A stretch of DNA of 48,491 nt, from the NCBI GenBank assembly GCA_900549845.1, contig URPT01000001.1:1-48491 (forward strand). The letters run 5' to 3'. The stretch is from an uncultured Veillonella sp. (lineage in GTDB: Bacteria > Bacillota > Negativicutes > Veillonellales > Veillonellaceae). The position numbers were made by a program, and so were the translations under genes. The notes under the pieces were generated by a model. The model did no database searches. It was not told where the DNA came from and was given only the letters and a program-made list of their open reading frames with translations. Position 1 is the first letter of the stretch, and the number at the start of each line of letters is the position of its first letter. Below are positions 28,513 through 40,363 of the stretch, piece by piece.

Positions 28513-28926
28513 ATGGCTGTGAAACAGATGATTCGCCTTATTATAAAGGCGATAGGATTTATATATTGGTTTGTTTTTCTATACCTTGGTGGTCTAATGG
28601 TCGTAGACTGGTCAGGGTTTATGTCCCAACATAATATAGAAACACCTCTATTCCTTACATACTTAGTATTTGTAGGATGTTTTGTAACACCGTATATTAT
28701 GCTGTACTGGAAGAAGCTAAATCCTAATGTGAAGGTTCCATTTTTGGTGCGCCATCTCTCCGAATTTATGGCGCGATTAGAAGATCGCCATAGCATATGG
28801 TTTGATGTGCTATATGTACTAAAATTATTGCTCTATTTCGTAATAATTCTGTGGATGCTTTGTATCATAATACTCACCTTTGCAGTTATTGCGTGGACAA
28901 TAGTCCTAATTTTGCTGAGCAATTGA
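28513..28926 (+). CDS. Hypothetical membrane protein
   Basis: Hydrophobic 137-aa ORF 2 bp after the TPR gene. Confidence 0.6.
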   Translation: MAVKQMIRLIIKAIGFIYWFVFLYLGGLMVVDWSGFMSQHNIETPLFLTYLVFVGCFVTPYIMLYWKKLNPNVKVPFLVRHLSEFMARLEDRHSIWFDVLYVLKLLLYFVIILWMLCIIILTFAVIAWTIVLILLSN

Positions 28927-28942
28927 TGATGTAAATTTACAT

Positions 28943-29320
28943 TCACATTGTTTTCTCTACTAATGCTTCTTGTAAAAGCTGAGAAAAATTAATTCCTTTA
29001 GCTAATGCTCGATCATTTAGCCAGGCAGGAATTGTTAAGGTTTTCTTTACGGATTTACTATTTTTAGCTAAATCAATATCTGTTTGTACTAATGTAGGAT
29101 ACGTTGTATCGGTACAAGGTAAGTTGCGAATAGATGTAGGTGTAGGTAAACTTTCCCCATCTTCTAAAGCTCCTAAAATATACAATTCCATAGCCTCTTG
29201 CGCATTAGTTACGAGTTCTGTTAATGTTGAGCCAGTACTGCTGGTATATTCTAAGTCTGGAAACTCAGCCCAGAAACCATCAGCATCATCATGGATTATA
29301 GCAGGGTATATAAATTTCAT
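28943..29320 (-). CDS. hicB: HicB antitoxin
   Basis: YPAI......FPDL....G....NA.EA, C-terminal SVKKTLTIP.WL...A...INFSQ.LQEAL. Confidence 0.92.
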   Translation of the reverse strand: MKFIYPAIIHDDADGFWAEFPDLEYTSSTGSTLTELVTNAQEAMELYILGALEDGESLPTPTSIRNLPCTDTTYPTLVQTDIDLAKNSKSVKKTLTIPAWLNDRALAKGINFSQLLQEALVEKTM

Positions 29321-29329
29321 AAATCCTCC

Positions 29330-29506
29330 TCATTTTAGTCCTGTACGTTTTAAAATTGCATTTAATAAGCCAACAGGTACATCTTTTCCGTGTACGGCAA
29401 TCACTTCAACTTGATTATCCTTTTTCAAACGATGATGACTGCCGCGTTGCCGTACATCCTTCCAGCCGTTTTTGAGTAGCAGTTTTAGTAGATCTTTATC
29501 TTTCAT
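29330..29506 (-). CDS. hicA: HicA toxin
   Basis: 58 aa from ATG at 29506 (AGGAG RBS). L.KNGW...RQRGSH, V.G.L..ILK.TGL. Palindrome ACGTGTACACGT at 29528-29539 is a likely operator. Confidence 0.92.
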   Translation of the reverse strand: MKDKDLLKLLLKNGWKDVRQRGSHHRLKKDNQVEVIAVHGKDVPVGLLNAILKRTGLK

Positions 29507-29600
29507 ATGCTCTCCTTTTATAGTAACACGTGTACACGTATAAAACAATCGATAGGAGTTATGTCTTTTCATTTCTAGTCTAACCGTATATAAAGGAAAA

Positions 29601-29625
29601 CAGGGGTGACCATTGGTCACCCCTG
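29601..29625. repeat. GGTGACCATTGGTCACC-core palindrome (copy near hicAB)
   Basis: CAGGGGTGACCA-T-TGGTCACCCCTG, perfect 12-bp arms. Confidence 0.85.
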
Positions 29626-29753
29626 ACTCTATTAGTCACTTGACAAACTAGATGTATGAGTTATGTGCATTAATTCTATTTATATAAATTATATTAGTAT
29701 ATAATTAAGGTATATAAATCGGGTTGTATATTGATGAAAGGAGAGAATTCATC

Positions 29754-30656
29754 ATGAAACCATTGGGTAAACGGATTGCAATGGCTGTGTTGTGTGCGGC
29801 TACATTGACATCCCCCTTATTGTTGAGCGGTTGTAGTATGTCGGAGCTGTGGCAGGGCACTGAACAGAGTCGCAAGGAAATTGCGCAGCGGTCTGAGCAG
29901 GATCAGGTACAATTGTTTAATCAATATGTAAAAGCTGTAAGCCGATTTAATCGCATGGCTGTAATGTTTGATTATGCGAATAGGCCAACTCTTAATGAGT
30001 TAAAAGCGGGGCAGCATTTAACTGTATTTAATGCACCAAACTTTAAACAGCTACAAAAAGAATTAGAAGAGGCTAAGCAAGCAGGTGTTCCTTATGATGA
30101 AATGAAGGAGCCTTTAGATAAGCTACTTTCAAAATTGAACGAAATAACACCGGTTGCGGAAGAGCTCGATGCATACTATAAATCTAAAGGGTATACTACA
30201 GATAACTATGCTAAGGAGCAACAATTAGGTCCTAAATATGTTCAGTTATATGAACAATTTATTCCTATTTATGCTGACTTTGATAATTTGATGCATAAGA
30301 TTAATACGGACCGATTGCAACAACGGTTACAACAATTGCGTGATGCAGGTAAGAAAAATGCAGCCGCTGCACAAGAGGTTTCTTTGCGACTTACTGCAGT
30401 CCTAGAAAAGCTAGATAGTGAAAAAGAACCAGATGTAAATGCTATCAATCAAGAGCTACAAGCTATTGGTGATTTAGCGAATGGTATTGCTAGTCCTCAG
30501 TATGACACTGTTAAGACTTCTGTAAACTCTACGATTGGTGCGATCCGTACCTATATGGGATCCAAACAAGATAACGATTATAAACATATGGTTGAGGCCT
30601 ATAACCGTTATATTTCAAATATGAATACAACCAATATGAATGAATTGGATCAATAA
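29754..30656 (+). CDS. YiiG/DUF3829-like lipoprotein, copy 1
   Basis: Lipobox LSGC, helical protein with YY.SKGY..DNYAK..QL..KY motif. Paralog of 38358..39248. Confidence 0.75.
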   Translation: MKPLGKRIAMAVLCAATLTSPLLLSGCSMSELWQGTEQSRKEIAQRSEQDQVQLFNQYVKAVSRFNRMAVMFDYANRPTLNELKAGQHLTVFNAPNFKQLQKELEEAKQAGVPYDEMKEPLDKLLSKLNEITPVAEELDAYYKSKGYTTDNYAKEQQLGPKYVQLYEQFIPIYADFDNLMHKINTDRLQQRLQQLRDAGKKNAAAAQEVSLRLTAVLEKLDSEKEPDVNAINQELQAIGDLANGIASPQYDTVKTSVNSTIGAIRTYMGSKQDNDYKHMVEAYNRYISNMNTTNMNELDQ

Positions 30657-30825
30657 GCAAGCTAGAAGAATAGTGTGATAAATTAATAGGCATATATAAG
30701 ATATAAAAAGAAAGCTGTATCGAATGAGGATATCATTTGATACAGCTTTTATGTGTTTATAGGTTAGATATAGTTTCTAAAATGGTTTATGAGATTGCAT
30801 GCAGATGGCATACGCTCTCTTGTAC

Positions 30826-31719
30826 TTAACTACATTTTCTAATGGTTGTAATTTGATTTGATAACGAGAACAATACTAAGGCTATCCAGATACAACCAAA
30901 GGCAATCATCTGTGGTGTGCCAAAGCTTTCACCAAAGTAGAAAATAGCTAGCAACAAGGCAATAGTAGGGGATACATATTGTAGGAAGCCTAGTAGGTTG
31001 AGCGGCAACAGTTGGGCGCCATAGGAGAATAGCACCAATGGAACCGATGTAGTCAGACCGCATGCTATGAGTAGCATGGATGTATACCAATCTGTTCCGA
31101 AATAGGACCACACTGTATTATCGACCATGGTCGTATAGAGTAAGGCTAGTGGTGTTAATAGCCAAGCCTCAAAGGCGATGCTCGTAAAGGGCGAGATGAG
31201 CAGTTTCTTTTTTACGACTCCATAGAGGCCAAAGGAAACGGCGAGAATCATCGACACTAACGGCAAGGATCCCACTTGATAGGTGAGCAAGACGATGCCG
31301 ATGGTAGCGATGAGAACACTTAGCTTTTTCGGTACAGATAGAACCTCTTTAAATAGGATGACACCTAATACTACATTGAAGAGTGGATTGATGTAATAGC
31401 CAAGGCTCGTGTCCATAACTTGGTTGTTGGCAATGGCCCAAATGTAGGTAAACCAATTTACGCTGATGATGACTGATGCCACCAAAAGTAGTAATAGTTG
31501 TGAACGCTGTTCTTTTAGTAATTGAAAGTCTTTTTTGAACTGTTTAAAATGTAGGCCAAATACGACGATGGCCATGCAGATGCCTGACCAGATAATGCGT
31601 TGTGCCAGTATATTATATGGTGAAACATGGTTTAATAATGCCCAATAGAGAGGGAGTAAGCCCCAGATGATATAGCAACTAAGGGCTGTCATTAGACCTT
31701 TTTTACTTGTATGCTCCAT
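30826..31719 (-). CDS. rarD: EamA-family transporter RarD
   Basis: WGLLPLYW, RIIWS, SLGYYINPL.NV.LG, SFGLYG, GFLQY.SPT. Confidence 0.92.
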   Translation of the reverse strand: MEHTSKKGLMTALSCYIIWGLLPLYWALLNHVSPYNILAQRIIWSGICMAIVVFGLHFKQFKKDFQLLKEQRSQLLLLLVASVIISVNWFTYIWAIANNQVMDTSLGYYINPLFNVVLGVILFKEVLSVPKKLSVLIATIGIVLLTYQVGSLPLVSMILAVSFGLYGVVKKKLLISPFTSIAFEAWLLTPLALLYTTMVDNTVWSYFGTDWYTSMLLIACGLTTSVPLVLFSYGAQLLPLNLLGFLQYVSPTIALLLAIFYFGESFGTPQMIAFGCIWIALVLFSLSNQITTIRKCS

Positions 31720-31994
31720 AATGCCTCCTTGTGATTGTATTCATTATATCACGCATTGTGTTTGCATTTGTGCGTAGGCTTAGATTTTATGATGATTTGT
31801 ACTCGATTTATAACTCGATTTGCAGACAATGAATACGTATATTTGATAGCGATGAATACGTATATTTGAAAGTGATGAGTTTTTATCATTTTAAATATGC
31901 ATTAGTTATAACCTGAAATTTGATACTTATGATTAACTGTTATGTTCATTGACTTTGTGCATAATCTTACACTATATTGGACTTAGAACAACGA

Positions 31995-32152
31995 ATATAG
32001 AGAATAGGTGTCGCAAGACTTAATAGAGAAATCGGTATAAGCCGATGCGGTCCCGCCACTGTAAGGACGAGCCTGCTTTCAAAAATGTCACTGGAGCAAT
32101 CTGGGAAGGCGAAAGCAAGGCGATGAGCCCGAGCCAGGAGAACTGCCTATTT
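31995..32152 (+). promoter_or_regulatory. Cobalamin riboswitch
   Basis: AATAGGTG...TAATAGAGAA.TCGGT..AA.CCG..GCGGTCCCGCCACTGTAA...GTCACTGG...CTGGGAAGG...GAGCCAGGAGAACTGCCTATT. Downstream terminator 32246-32274. Confidence 0.92.
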
Positions 32153-32245
32153 GATAATCACCGTTATGTACCTACGAGCGATAGGAAGGGGATTGAGGTA
32201 TGCTGGTTTCAGTGTTTTTTAGCATACTTTTCAACAAGGAACCTT

Positions 32246-32274
32246 ACGTGTCACTTTTGGGTGGCACGTTTTTT
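32246..32274 (+). terminator. Riboswitch expression-platform terminator
   Basis: ACGTGTCAC-TTTTGG-GTGGCACGT plus T-tract, in the mutA leader. Confidence 0.75.
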
Positions 32275-32457
32275 GTTGCCCTTGAAAGTGACTGTTGAGC
32301 ATATGCATCAGGCTTTATTGTTAGTAAACTGATGGACACAAATTTGAGGTTGATGTGATCCATAGATAGGAAAGCTTTGGTGGTGTATAAGCATAACAAT
32401 TGTAGGTACGGTGCGCTGTTTCTCGGTATGGTTTCGAGTTGAAAAGGAGGCACATAT

Positions 32458-34620
32458 ATGTCTGACAAAAAGACTTCAAAGGATGCTGAACGCGATCTAT
32501 TAGCTCCTGTATCCTTTGATGAATTTGAGAAACCTACGTATGAACAATGGCAGGCAGAGGTTGAAAAGGCGTTAAAGGGTGGCGACTTCCACAAGAAGAT
32601 GTTCACGAAAACCTATGAAGGTATTACGTTGCAGCCGATTTACACACCTGCATTACATGCAGAAGCAATTCCGAAGGGCGTATACCCTGGGGCAGGTGAG
32701 TTCCTACGTGGCACTAAGGCAAGTGGTTATATTAAAGACTCTTGGGGTGTATCCCAATATGTAGATGACTCTTTGCCTAAAGATGCTAATCATGCAAGTT
32801 TATACGAGATTGTAAAAGGTGGCACCATCCACAACATCCGCCTAGATGAAGCAACACGTCATGATCAAGACGTGCAAGTAGGCGCATCTGTTGGCGTTGG
32901 TGGTACATCTGTATCCACCATGGATGACTGCAAACAATTGATTGACCGCTTCAATTTGAAGGAAAATCCTTTGTACATTGAAACTGGTGCTTCTGCGGCC
33001 ATCTTGCTTGGCATGTTAGCGGCTACAGTGAAAGGTGCTAAAAAACAAACGTCTGATTTGAAAGGTCTTGTTGGTGCCGACCCTATCGGTGTTTTGGCGA
33101 AAGATGGTGCTTTGCACATTTCCTTAGATACAGCCTTTGATGAAATGGCACATACTGTTGTATGGGCTAAAGAACAGGCGCCAGAGCTTAAAACCGTGCT
33201 CGTATCCGGCGATGTTTACGCTAATGGCGGCGCTAACGATGTGCAAGAGGTTGCCTATGCATTGGCAACAGCTGTGTGCTATGTGCGTCAATTAGCACAA
33301 CGCAACATCGATATTCACACCATTGCTAAGAGCATGATGTTCACATTCTCCCTAGGGGCTAACTTCTTTATGGAAATTGCTAAATTACGTGCCTTGCGCG
33401 TACTTTGGGCTCGCATTATGGAAGCATTCGGTGCCGAAGAAGCGGACCGCGCTGTTCATGTACACGGCAGAACATCTGCTTTCACAAAAACTGTATACGA
33501 CCCATATGTAAACTTGTTGCGCAATACAACACAAGCATTCTCTGGCGTTGTAGGCGGTTTGAACAGCCTTGAAGTATCTCCATTTGACCAGCCAATTCGC
33601 AAAGCAGACGATTTCTCTCGCCGTATTGCCCGTAACATCCAAGTTATGTTGCAAACTGAATTCGAGTTGCGCCAACCTGTGGACCCTGTAGGCGGTTCCT
33701 GGTATGTGGAAACATTGGCTGCTGAACTCTGTGAAAAAATCTGGGCTGAGTTCCAAACTATCGAAGCTAAAGGCGGCATTATCGCTGCATTGAAAGAAGG
33801 CTATCCTCAAGCTCAAGTGAAAGCCATCCTCGATGAACGCTTTAAGAACCTTGCATTCCGTAAGGACGTAGCCGTTGGTAACAACATGTATGCAAACATG
33901 ACGGAAGAATTGCTAGATCCAAAACCAGAAAATCAAGAAACATTGCGTCAAAAACGAGCTGCTCAAATCGATGAGTACTTGGCAGGTGCAGAGGCTGATG
34001 CGGTTGTGAAAGCACAGGCTACTCTAGAAGCAAGTACAACAGAACCAGGTGCGTTGATTGGCCTCATCGAACTTGGGGCATTACAAAAATTGACAATCCG
34101 CCAAATCCGTAAGGCTTTAGATGCCGGCGATATTGCTTCTGAAACAATCGAACCAATTACAGCACATCGCTGGACTGAACAATTCGAAGCCCTCCGTATG
34201 CGCACTGAAGCATATAAACAACGTACGAAAGATAATGTGAAGGTATTCTTGGCTAATATGGGCCCAATTCCTCAACATAAACCTCGTGCGGACTTCTCCA
34301 CAGGCTTCTTCGAAGTAGGTGCTTTTGAAGTTATTAAAAATGATGGCCATGAAACAACGGCTGATGCGGCGAAGGCTGCTCGTGAAAGTGGTGCCGATGT
34401 TGTCGTTATCTGTTCCACAGATGATACATATCCAGAATTAGTACCACCACTCGCTAAAGAGTTGAAAGAAACTATGCCGAATGTAACAGTTATTTTGGCA
34501 GGGGCGCCTCCTAAGGACCTTGAGCCTGTATACCGTGAAGCTGGCGTAGACGACTTCATTTCCGTTCGTGCAAATTGCTACGAAATCTTACATACGTTAC
34601 AAGATAAGAAAGGGATGTGA
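32458..34620 (+). CDS. mutA: Methylmalonyl-CoA mutase, non-catalytic (small/beta-type) subunit
   Basis: [44 protein letters not shown]. No DxHxxG. Confidence 0.9.
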   Translation: MSDKKTSKDAERDLLAPVSFDEFEKPTYEQWQAEVEKALKGGDFHKKMFTKTYEGITLQPIYTPALHAEAIPKGVYPGAGEFLRGTKASGYIKDSWGVSQYVDDSLPKDANHASLYEIVKGGTIHNIRLDEATRHDQDVQVGASVGVGGTSVSTMDDCKQLIDRFNLKENPLYIETGASAAILLGMLAATVKGAKKQTSDLKGLVGADPIGVLAKDGALHISLDTAFDEMAHTVVWAKEQAPELKTVLVSGDVYANGGANDVQEVAYALATAVCYVRQLAQRNIDIHTIAKSMMFTFSLGANFFMEIAKLRALRVLWARIMEAFGAEEADRAVHVHGRTSAFTKTVYDPYVNLLRNTTQAFSGVVGGLNSLEVSPFDQPIRKADDFSRRIARNIQVMLQTEFELRQPVDPVGGSWYVETLAAELCEKIWAEFQTIEAKGGIIAALKEGYPQAQVKAILDERFKNLAFRKDVAVGNNMYANMTEELLDPKPENQETLRQKRAAQIDEYLAGAEADAVVKAQATLEASTTEPGALIGLIELGALQKLTIRQIRKALDAGDIASETIEPITAHRWTEQFEALRMRTEAYKQRTKDNVKVFLANMGPIPQHKPRADFSTGFFEVGAFEVIKNDGHETTADAAKAARESGADVVVICSTDDTYPELVPPLAKELKETMPNVTVILAGAPPKDLEPVYREAGVDDFISVRANCYEILHTLQDKKGM

Positions 34621-34624
34621 GCTC

Positions 34625-36814
34625 ATGTTTAAAAATCCAGACTTCTCCTCTCTTGGCTTGGGATCTCAGTCGCCGACATCTCGCGATGCATGGCTTGCTG
34701 AACTTCAAAAAGAAACAGGAAAAAGCTTTGAAGATTTATATAATACGACAATGGAGCAAATCCAACTAAAACCTCTCTACACAGAGATGGATTATGAAGG
34801 AATGACACACCTTGATTACATGGCTGGTGTACCTCCATTCTTGCGTGGACCTTATTCCACAATGTACGTAACTCGTCCTTGGACAGTACGTCAGTACGCT
34901 GGTTTCTCCACAGCCGAAGAATCCAATGCATTCTATCGTCGTAACTTGGCAGCGGGCCAAAAAGGTTTGTCTATCGCCTTTGACCTTGCCACACACCGTG
35001 GTTACGACTCCGACCATCCTCGCGTAGTAGGTGACGTTGGTAAAGCCGGTGTTGCGGTAGACTCCATCCTCGATATGGAAATTCTGTTCTCCGGTATTCC
35101 TCTCGACCAAATGTCCGTATCCATGACAATGAACGGCGCCGTATTGCCTGTCATGGCGTTCTATATCCTAGCTGGTGAAGAACAAGGCGTTGATAAAAAG
35201 GTTATGGCTGGTACGATCCAAAATGATATCTTGAAAGAGTTCATGGTACGTAATACCTATATTTACCCTCCAGCTACGTCCATGCGCATCATCGGTGATA
35301 TCTTTGCGTACACATCCCAGTACATGCCTAAGTTCAACAGTATCTCCATTTCTGGCTACCATATGCAAGAAGCAGGCGCTACGGCAGATATCGAATTAGG
35401 TTACACATTGGCCGATGGTCTTGAATACATCCGTACCGGTGTAAATGCAGGCCTTCATGTAGATAAATTTGCGCCACGGTTGTCCTTCTTCTGGGCAATC
35501 GGTAAAAACTACTTCATGGAAGTAGCAAAAATGCGTGCAGCTCGTATGTTGTGGGCTAAGATTATTAAGAGCTTCGGTTCTGAAAATCCAAAATCCATGG
35601 CACTTCGTACACATAGTCAAACATCTGGTTGGTCCTTAACAGAACAAGATCCATTCAATAACGTGGCTCGTACATGTATGGAAGCGATGGGCGCTGCATT
35701 GGGCCATACGCAATCCCTACATACGAATGCGCTTGATGAAGCGATTGCGTTGCCTACGGACTTCTCTGCTCGTATTGCCCGTAATACTCAGCTTTACATT
35801 CAAGATGAAACTAAGGTATGTAAGGTTATCGACCCATGGGGCGGTTCCTACTACGTAGAAGCCTTGACTGATGAATTGATTCGCCGTGCTTGGGGTCATA
35901 TCCAAGAAATCGAATCCCTTGGCGGTATGGCGAAAGCGATTGATACTGGTCTTCCTAAGATGCGTATCGAAGAAGCGGCAGCTCGTCGCCAAGCTCGTAT
36001 CGACTCTGGCCGTGAAGCAATTATTGGTATCAATAAATATCGTCTAGATAAAGAAGATCCATTGGATATCCTCGACGTAGATAACACGGCTGTACGAGAA
36101 GCGCAAATCCGTCGTCTCGAACAATTGCGTGCTAACCGTGATGAAGATAAGGTTCAATCCTGTCTCGAAGCGATTACCAATGCTACAGAATCTGGGGAAG
36201 GCAACTTGCTTGCTCTTGCCCTTGAAGCTGCTCGTGCTCGTGCATCCTTAGGTGAAATTTCCTTTGCTGTTGAAAAAGTTTGCGGCCGTCATAAAGCGGT
36301 TATCCGCTCTATTTCCGGTGTATACTCCAGTGAATATGAAGATGACGATGTTATCAAAGAAGTACGTCAAATGGCGGATGACTTTGAAGAACTCGAAGGT
36401 CGTCGCCCTCGTATCATGATTGCGAAGATGGGCCAAGACGGTCATGACCGTGGTGCCAAAGTTATCGCTACATCCTTCGCGGATATGGGCTTTGACGTGG
36501 ATATCGGACCTTTGTTCCAAACTCCAGAAGAAACAGCACAAGATGCGGTGGATAATGACGTTCACATTGTCGGCTTCAGTTCTCTTGCGGCAGGTCACAA
36601 AACATTGTTACCTCAACTTGTGGAAGAGCTCAACAAACGAGGTCGTGGAGATATTTTGGTTGCCATTGGTGGCGTAATCCCTGCTCAGGACTATGAATTC
36701 CTACGCGAACATGGCGCAGTGGCTATCTTTGGCCCTGGTACAGTCTTGCCTGTAGCGGCTAAGAAATTGCTAGAAACATTGACTAGTCACGTTCAAGACG
36801 AGTCTAATGACTGA
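34625..36814 (+). CDS. mutB: Methylmalonyl-CoA mutase catalytic (large/alpha) subunit
   Basis: [48 protein letters not shown] at 34625. Confidence 0.97.
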   Translation: MFKNPDFSSLGLGSQSPTSRDAWLAELQKETGKSFEDLYNTTMEQIQLKPLYTEMDYEGMTHLDYMAGVPPFLRGPYSTMYVTRPWTVRQYAGFSTAEESNAFYRRNLAAGQKGLSIAFDLATHRGYDSDHPRVVGDVGKAGVAVDSILDMEILFSGIPLDQMSVSMTMNGAVLPVMAFYILAGEEQGVDKKVMAGTIQNDILKEFMVRNTYIYPPATSMRIIGDIFAYTSQYMPKFNSISISGYHMQEAGATADIELGYTLADGLEYIRTGVNAGLHVDKFAPRLSFFWAIGKNYFMEVAKMRAARMLWAKIIKSFGSENPKSMALRTHSQTSGWSLTEQDPFNNVARTCMEAMGAALGHTQSLHTNALDEAIALPTDFSARIARNTQLYIQDETKVCKVIDPWGGSYYVEALTDELIRRAWGHIQEIESLGGMAKAIDTGLPKMRIEEAAARRQARIDSGREAIIGINKYRLDKEDPLDILDVDNTAVREAQIRRLEQLRANRDEDKVQSCLEAITNATESGEGNLLALALEAARARASLGEISFAVEKVCGRHKAVIRSISGVYSSEYEDDDVIKEVRQMADDFEELEGRRPRIMIAKMGQDGHDRGAKVIATSFADMGFDVDIGPLFQTPEETAQDAVDNDVHIVGFSSLAAGHKTLLPQLVEELNKRGRGDILVAIGGVIPAQDYEFLREHGAVAIFGPGTVLPVAAKKLLETLTSHVQDESND

Positions 36815-38060
36815 TAACAAACGGCCTACCCCGGACGCATTGCATACGACTCAGGATGCTACCTTCACCACTAGTGAAGGTAAGGCCCCTGAATTAGGTG
36901 TAAAAAATGCAAATGCCGAGGGTAGTACCTATCGTCCCGACTGGGTGCCAGAAGAAGCGAAGAAAGATGACACTTATGCGTGTCACGTAATGAAAGGCGT
37001 CAAGGAAATGCATGACGGCCTCTTATCTAGTTCAGCTCATCTGGCTCCAGCGGTACGTCCCGTACAGCGGCGAAAGAAGTTAACTGTCGCTGATTATGTA
37101 CGCGGTATCGAGCAGGGGGACCGCGTTATACTTTCACGGGCTATTACGTTAGTAGAAAGTAATAATAAGGAACACTTTAAATTAGCTCAACAAGTATTGC
37201 AAGCTATATTGCCTCGCACGGGCAAGGCGTTGCGCATCGGTATTACTGGTGTGCCTGGGGCCGGTAAAAGTACATTTATTGAAGCCTTTGGCAATATGCT
37301 CATTGAAGCAGGTTACAAGGTAGCCGTACTTGCTGTAGACCCTACAAGCCAAGTTACAAAGGGAAGTATCTTGGGTGATAAAACGCGGATGGAAACATTG
37401 ACGAAACATCCTGACGCGTATATTCGTCCGTCGCCAGCAGGCGGTACACTAGGCGGTGTAGCTCGTAAAAGTAGAGAGACCATGCTACTTTGCGAGGCTG
37501 CTGGGTACGATATCATTCTCGTCGAAACCGTTGGTGTTGGGCAAAGTGAAGTTACCGTACGTTCCATGGTAGACTTCTTTATGCTCATCGTATTAACTGG
37601 TGCAGGCGATGAATTACAAGGCATCAAAAAAGGCGTTATGGAACTGGCCGATGCTATTGTGGTCAACAAGGCTGATGGGGATAACCTCAAGCGCGCTCTC
37701 ATCGCTCGTAGCGATTACGATCGGATGTTGCATTACATTCGTCCTGCTACGGAAAAATGGAAAACCCAAGCCTACACTTGCTCAGCCGTTACAAAGGATG
37801 GCCTCGATGAATTGTGGGATGTGATCCAAGAATTTACTGAACAAGGCAAAGAAAATGGGGTCTTCTTAAAACGCCGTCAAGAACAATCCCTCCGTTGGGT
37901 ACGCGATATGATTGACGAACACTTGCACAACCTATTCTTTAATAATGTCGTCATTCAAGGTCGTATGGGCGAAGTGGAAGCAGCCGTCTTAGATGGTGAA
38001 ATGAGCGAATCTCAAGCCGTTGAAGAATTAATTGGCGTTTTCGATAAGTCCATTAAATAA
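36807..38060 (+). CDS. meaB: MCM-associated GTPase metallochaperone MeaB/ArgK
   Basis: [46 protein letters not shown]. Confidence 0.95.
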   Translation: MTDNKRPTPDALHTTQDATFTTSEGKAPELGVKNANAEGSTYRPDWVPEEAKKDDTYACHVMKGVKEMHDGLLSSSAHLAPAVRPVQRRKKLTVADYVRGIEQGDRVILSRAITLVESNNKEHFKLAQQVLQAILPRTGKALRIGITGVPGAGKSTFIEAFGNMLIEAGYKVAVLAVDPTSQVTKGSILGDKTRMETLTKHPDAYIRPSPAGGTLGGVARKSRETMLLCEAAGYDIILVETVGVGQSEVTVRSMVDFFMLIVLTGAGDELQGIKKGVMELADAIVVNKADGDNLKRALIARSDYDRMLHYIRPATEKWKTQAYTCSAVTKDGLDELWDVIQEFTEQGKENGVFLKRRQEQSLRWVRDMIDEHLHNLFFNNVVIQGRMGEVEAAVLDGEMSESQAVEELIGVFDKSIK

Positions 38061-38357
38061 GTAGATAGCTACATACCTATTTGATAAGCTGGCATAACTT
38101 ATCTATTAAGACACTCCGATTAGCTATCATACTGATTTAGACATATAAGATGTATCCAGAAAAGGCATAGTATAAACATTACTATTGGGTTTACCCCAAT
38201 GGAGATGTATACTATGCCTTTTTATGTGCTTGTGAAAGCATATTCATGAAACAAATTTCATAAAAAATACGGTTGATACTTTCATAAATAACATATATGA
38301 TATATAATTTAATCATAAACTGTTACTTGTGTGTGTGATTTAAATGAGAGGGTCATT

Positions 38358-39248
38358 ATGAAACCACTAGTAAAGAAAATGTTAACAGCCGTATTGTGTG
38401 CATCTACTCTAACAGCTCCATTATTTTTGAGTGGTTGTAGTTTTTCTAAGATTGCCAATGGGGTGCAGCAAGGCGCTCAAAAGGCATCGCAAAAAGACAT
38501 TCAAGTCTTTAATCAGTATATTGAAGCAGTTGGTAATTTTAACAGTGGTACCGTACGCTTTGGATATGCTATTAATCCTTCCATTCAAAAACTAAGAGAG
38601 GGTCAACATTTATCAAGCTTTATGGCACCAAAGTTTGATAGCTTACAACAAAAATTACAAGCCGCTAAAGATGCTGGCGTGCCATATGATGATATGAAGG
38701 AACCTCTTGATAACGTATTAGCCGTATTAAAGGACATTGTACCAGTAGCAAATGAATTGGATACGTACTACCAAACTAATTCATATCAAGCAGATAATTA
38801 TGCTAAGGAACAACAATTAGGACCTAAATACGTTCAACTATATGATCAATTCTATGCAGCATATAATCAGTTAGACGCAGTAATTCACAAACATAATACG
38901 GAAAATCAACAAGAACAGTTGAAAGAACTTAAAGATTCCGGTAAGAAAAATGCAGCTGCTGCTCAAGAAGTTCATTTACGTTTAACTGCATTATTGGATA
39001 GCTTTGAAGAAGGCAAGCAAATCGATGTAAATGCGGCGAACCAAGAGTTGCAAGGAATCATGGATGTATCCAGTAGCATTACTAGTCCGGACTATAACTC
39101 TGCTAAAAATCATTTGAATACAACTATTGGTAGAATTCGTACATTCTTAGGTGACCAAACAGCTGATCATTACAATGATATGATTGAATCCTACAATAGC
39201 TTTATTGGCAGTGTAAATCGCTTGGATATGAATAAACTTGATAAATAA
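38358..39248 (+). CDS. YiiG/DUF3829-like lipoprotein, copy 2
   Basis: Lipobox LSGC. DNYAKEQQLGPKYVQLY and GKKNAAAAQEV are shared with 29754..30656. Confidence 0.75.
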   Translation: MKPLVKKMLTAVLCASTLTAPLFLSGCSFSKIANGVQQGAQKASQKDIQVFNQYIEAVGNFNSGTVRFGYAINPSIQKLREGQHLSSFMAPKFDSLQQKLQAAKDAGVPYDDMKEPLDNVLAVLKDIVPVANELDTYYQTNSYQADNYAKEQQLGPKYVQLYDQFYAAYNQLDAVIHKHNTENQQEQLKELKDSGKKNAAAAQEVHLRLTALLDSFEEGKQIDVNAANQELQGIMDVSSSITSPDYNSAKNHLNTTIGRIRTFLGDQTADHYNDMIESYNSFIGSVNRLDMNKLDK

Positions 39249-39298
39249 TATCTAATCGTATATACCATGTTATGTAATGTTAGGAGAGGAACATTTAA

Positions 39299-39556
39299 AT
39301 GAGCAAGAAAATGTTATTACCCGTTGGTATAGTTGTTTTGATTATAGGTATTGTTATCCTATTATTAAATCCAGATCCATCTACAACGAATTTGGAAATT
39401 GCAAGAAACGCTACTAATGCACGAGACGCAGCTAAAGCGATTTCTTCTAATAATCAAACCTATGCATGGATGTATTCCCTTGGTATGTTCTTTACTGGTT
39501 TTGGCGTGTCCTTAACAATCGGTGGCATACTTGTGAAATTCCTTAAAAAAGATTAA
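39299..39556 (+). CDS. Small two-TM hypothetical protein
   Basis: AGGAGAGGA RBS and two hydrophobic segments. Confidence 0.7.
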   Translation: MSKKMLLPVGIVVLIIGIVILLLNPDPSTTNLEIARNATNARDAAKAISSNNQTYAWMYSLGMFFTGFGVSLTIGGILVKFLKKD

Positions 39557-39757
39557 TAGGATGTAAGAGATTATAAGCCTCCTAGGTTGAATTTAATCTG
39601 GACTATAGCTAAATCAAGATTACATTAAAGGCTATACTAATATGTGTATCACTATTAGTATAGCCTTTTTTTGTCCCATACATATTTTTAGATGCCTTAA
39701 AACGTGATATAATTAACTCTAATGGGGCCTAGAGGGTAACGGCTTTTGGAGGTTAGT

Positions 39758-40363
39758 ATGAGTAGCATAGCGCATTTATTTGTGGCTGGTGGATTTGTAA
39801 TGTATCCGCTAGTAATTTTTTTGCTCTTTGCGTTGATGATTGGCATTGAGCGTATCGTTTTATATCGCAAGTTTACAAAGGACTTGCGTCGCTTTAATAA
39901 GGTATTAGAAAAGAACCAAAGCTGGGTTATGTTGCCGAGCGTGTTGGAACGTGACACATTGGAGCTAGGCTCTTTGTTTGCCCGTGCCATTCGCAGTGCG
40001 AAGAACTACAATAGTTTGGAAAATCGTTTGCAAGATATCGTATCCTATGCAGATGAGCGCTTGAAACGCGGCCTTAGCTGGCTTAGCATGATCGTAACCA
40101 TGGCTCCACTATTGGGCTTGTTGGGTACCGTGCTTGGCATGATTCGCGCCTTTGCTGTCGTAGGAGGCGATATTGGTGCTCCTACTATTATTACTGGTGG
40201 TGTATCCGAAGCCTTGGTAGCAACGGCAACCGGCTTGACGGTAGCCATCATTGCACTAGGCTTTCACAGTTACTGTGCGGCAAAGGTCAACGATTCTATT
40301 ACTACATTAGAGCATGAGTGTGGTAATATCCTCGATGCGTACAACGAGGAACATGATATATGA
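39758..40363 (+). CDS. exbB: ExbB (MotA/TolQ/ExbB) proton channel
   Basis: GG.VM.PL, APLLGLLGTV.GMI.AF, GVSEAL.ATA.GL.VAI. Confidence 0.9.
   Translation: MSSIAHLFVAGGFVMYPLVIFLLFALMIGIERIVLYRKFTKDLRRFNKVLEKNQSWVMLPSVLERDTLELGSLFARAIRSAKNYNSLENRLQDIVSYADERLKRGLSWLSMIVTMAPLLGLLGTVLGMIRAFAVVGGDIGAPTIITGGVSEALVATATGLTVAIIALGFHSYCAAKVNDSITTLEHECGNILDAYNEEHDI

Noticed and set aside
29507..29620. N-terminal extension of HicA in the ORF track
   Set aside because: A strong RBS precedes the ATG at 29506, and the extension overlaps the operator and palindrome region.
32045..32606. ORFs 32045..32332 (+) and 32244..32606 (-)
   Set aside because: They overlap the cobalamin riboswitch, its terminator and the mutA start, with no recognisable protein features.
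25135..37702. Numerous antisense ORFs within the D-lactate dehydrogenase gene, mutA, mutB and meaB (also in purB, purA and fucO)
   Set aside because: Shadow ORFs expected from the codon bias of well-supported genes, with no independent signals.
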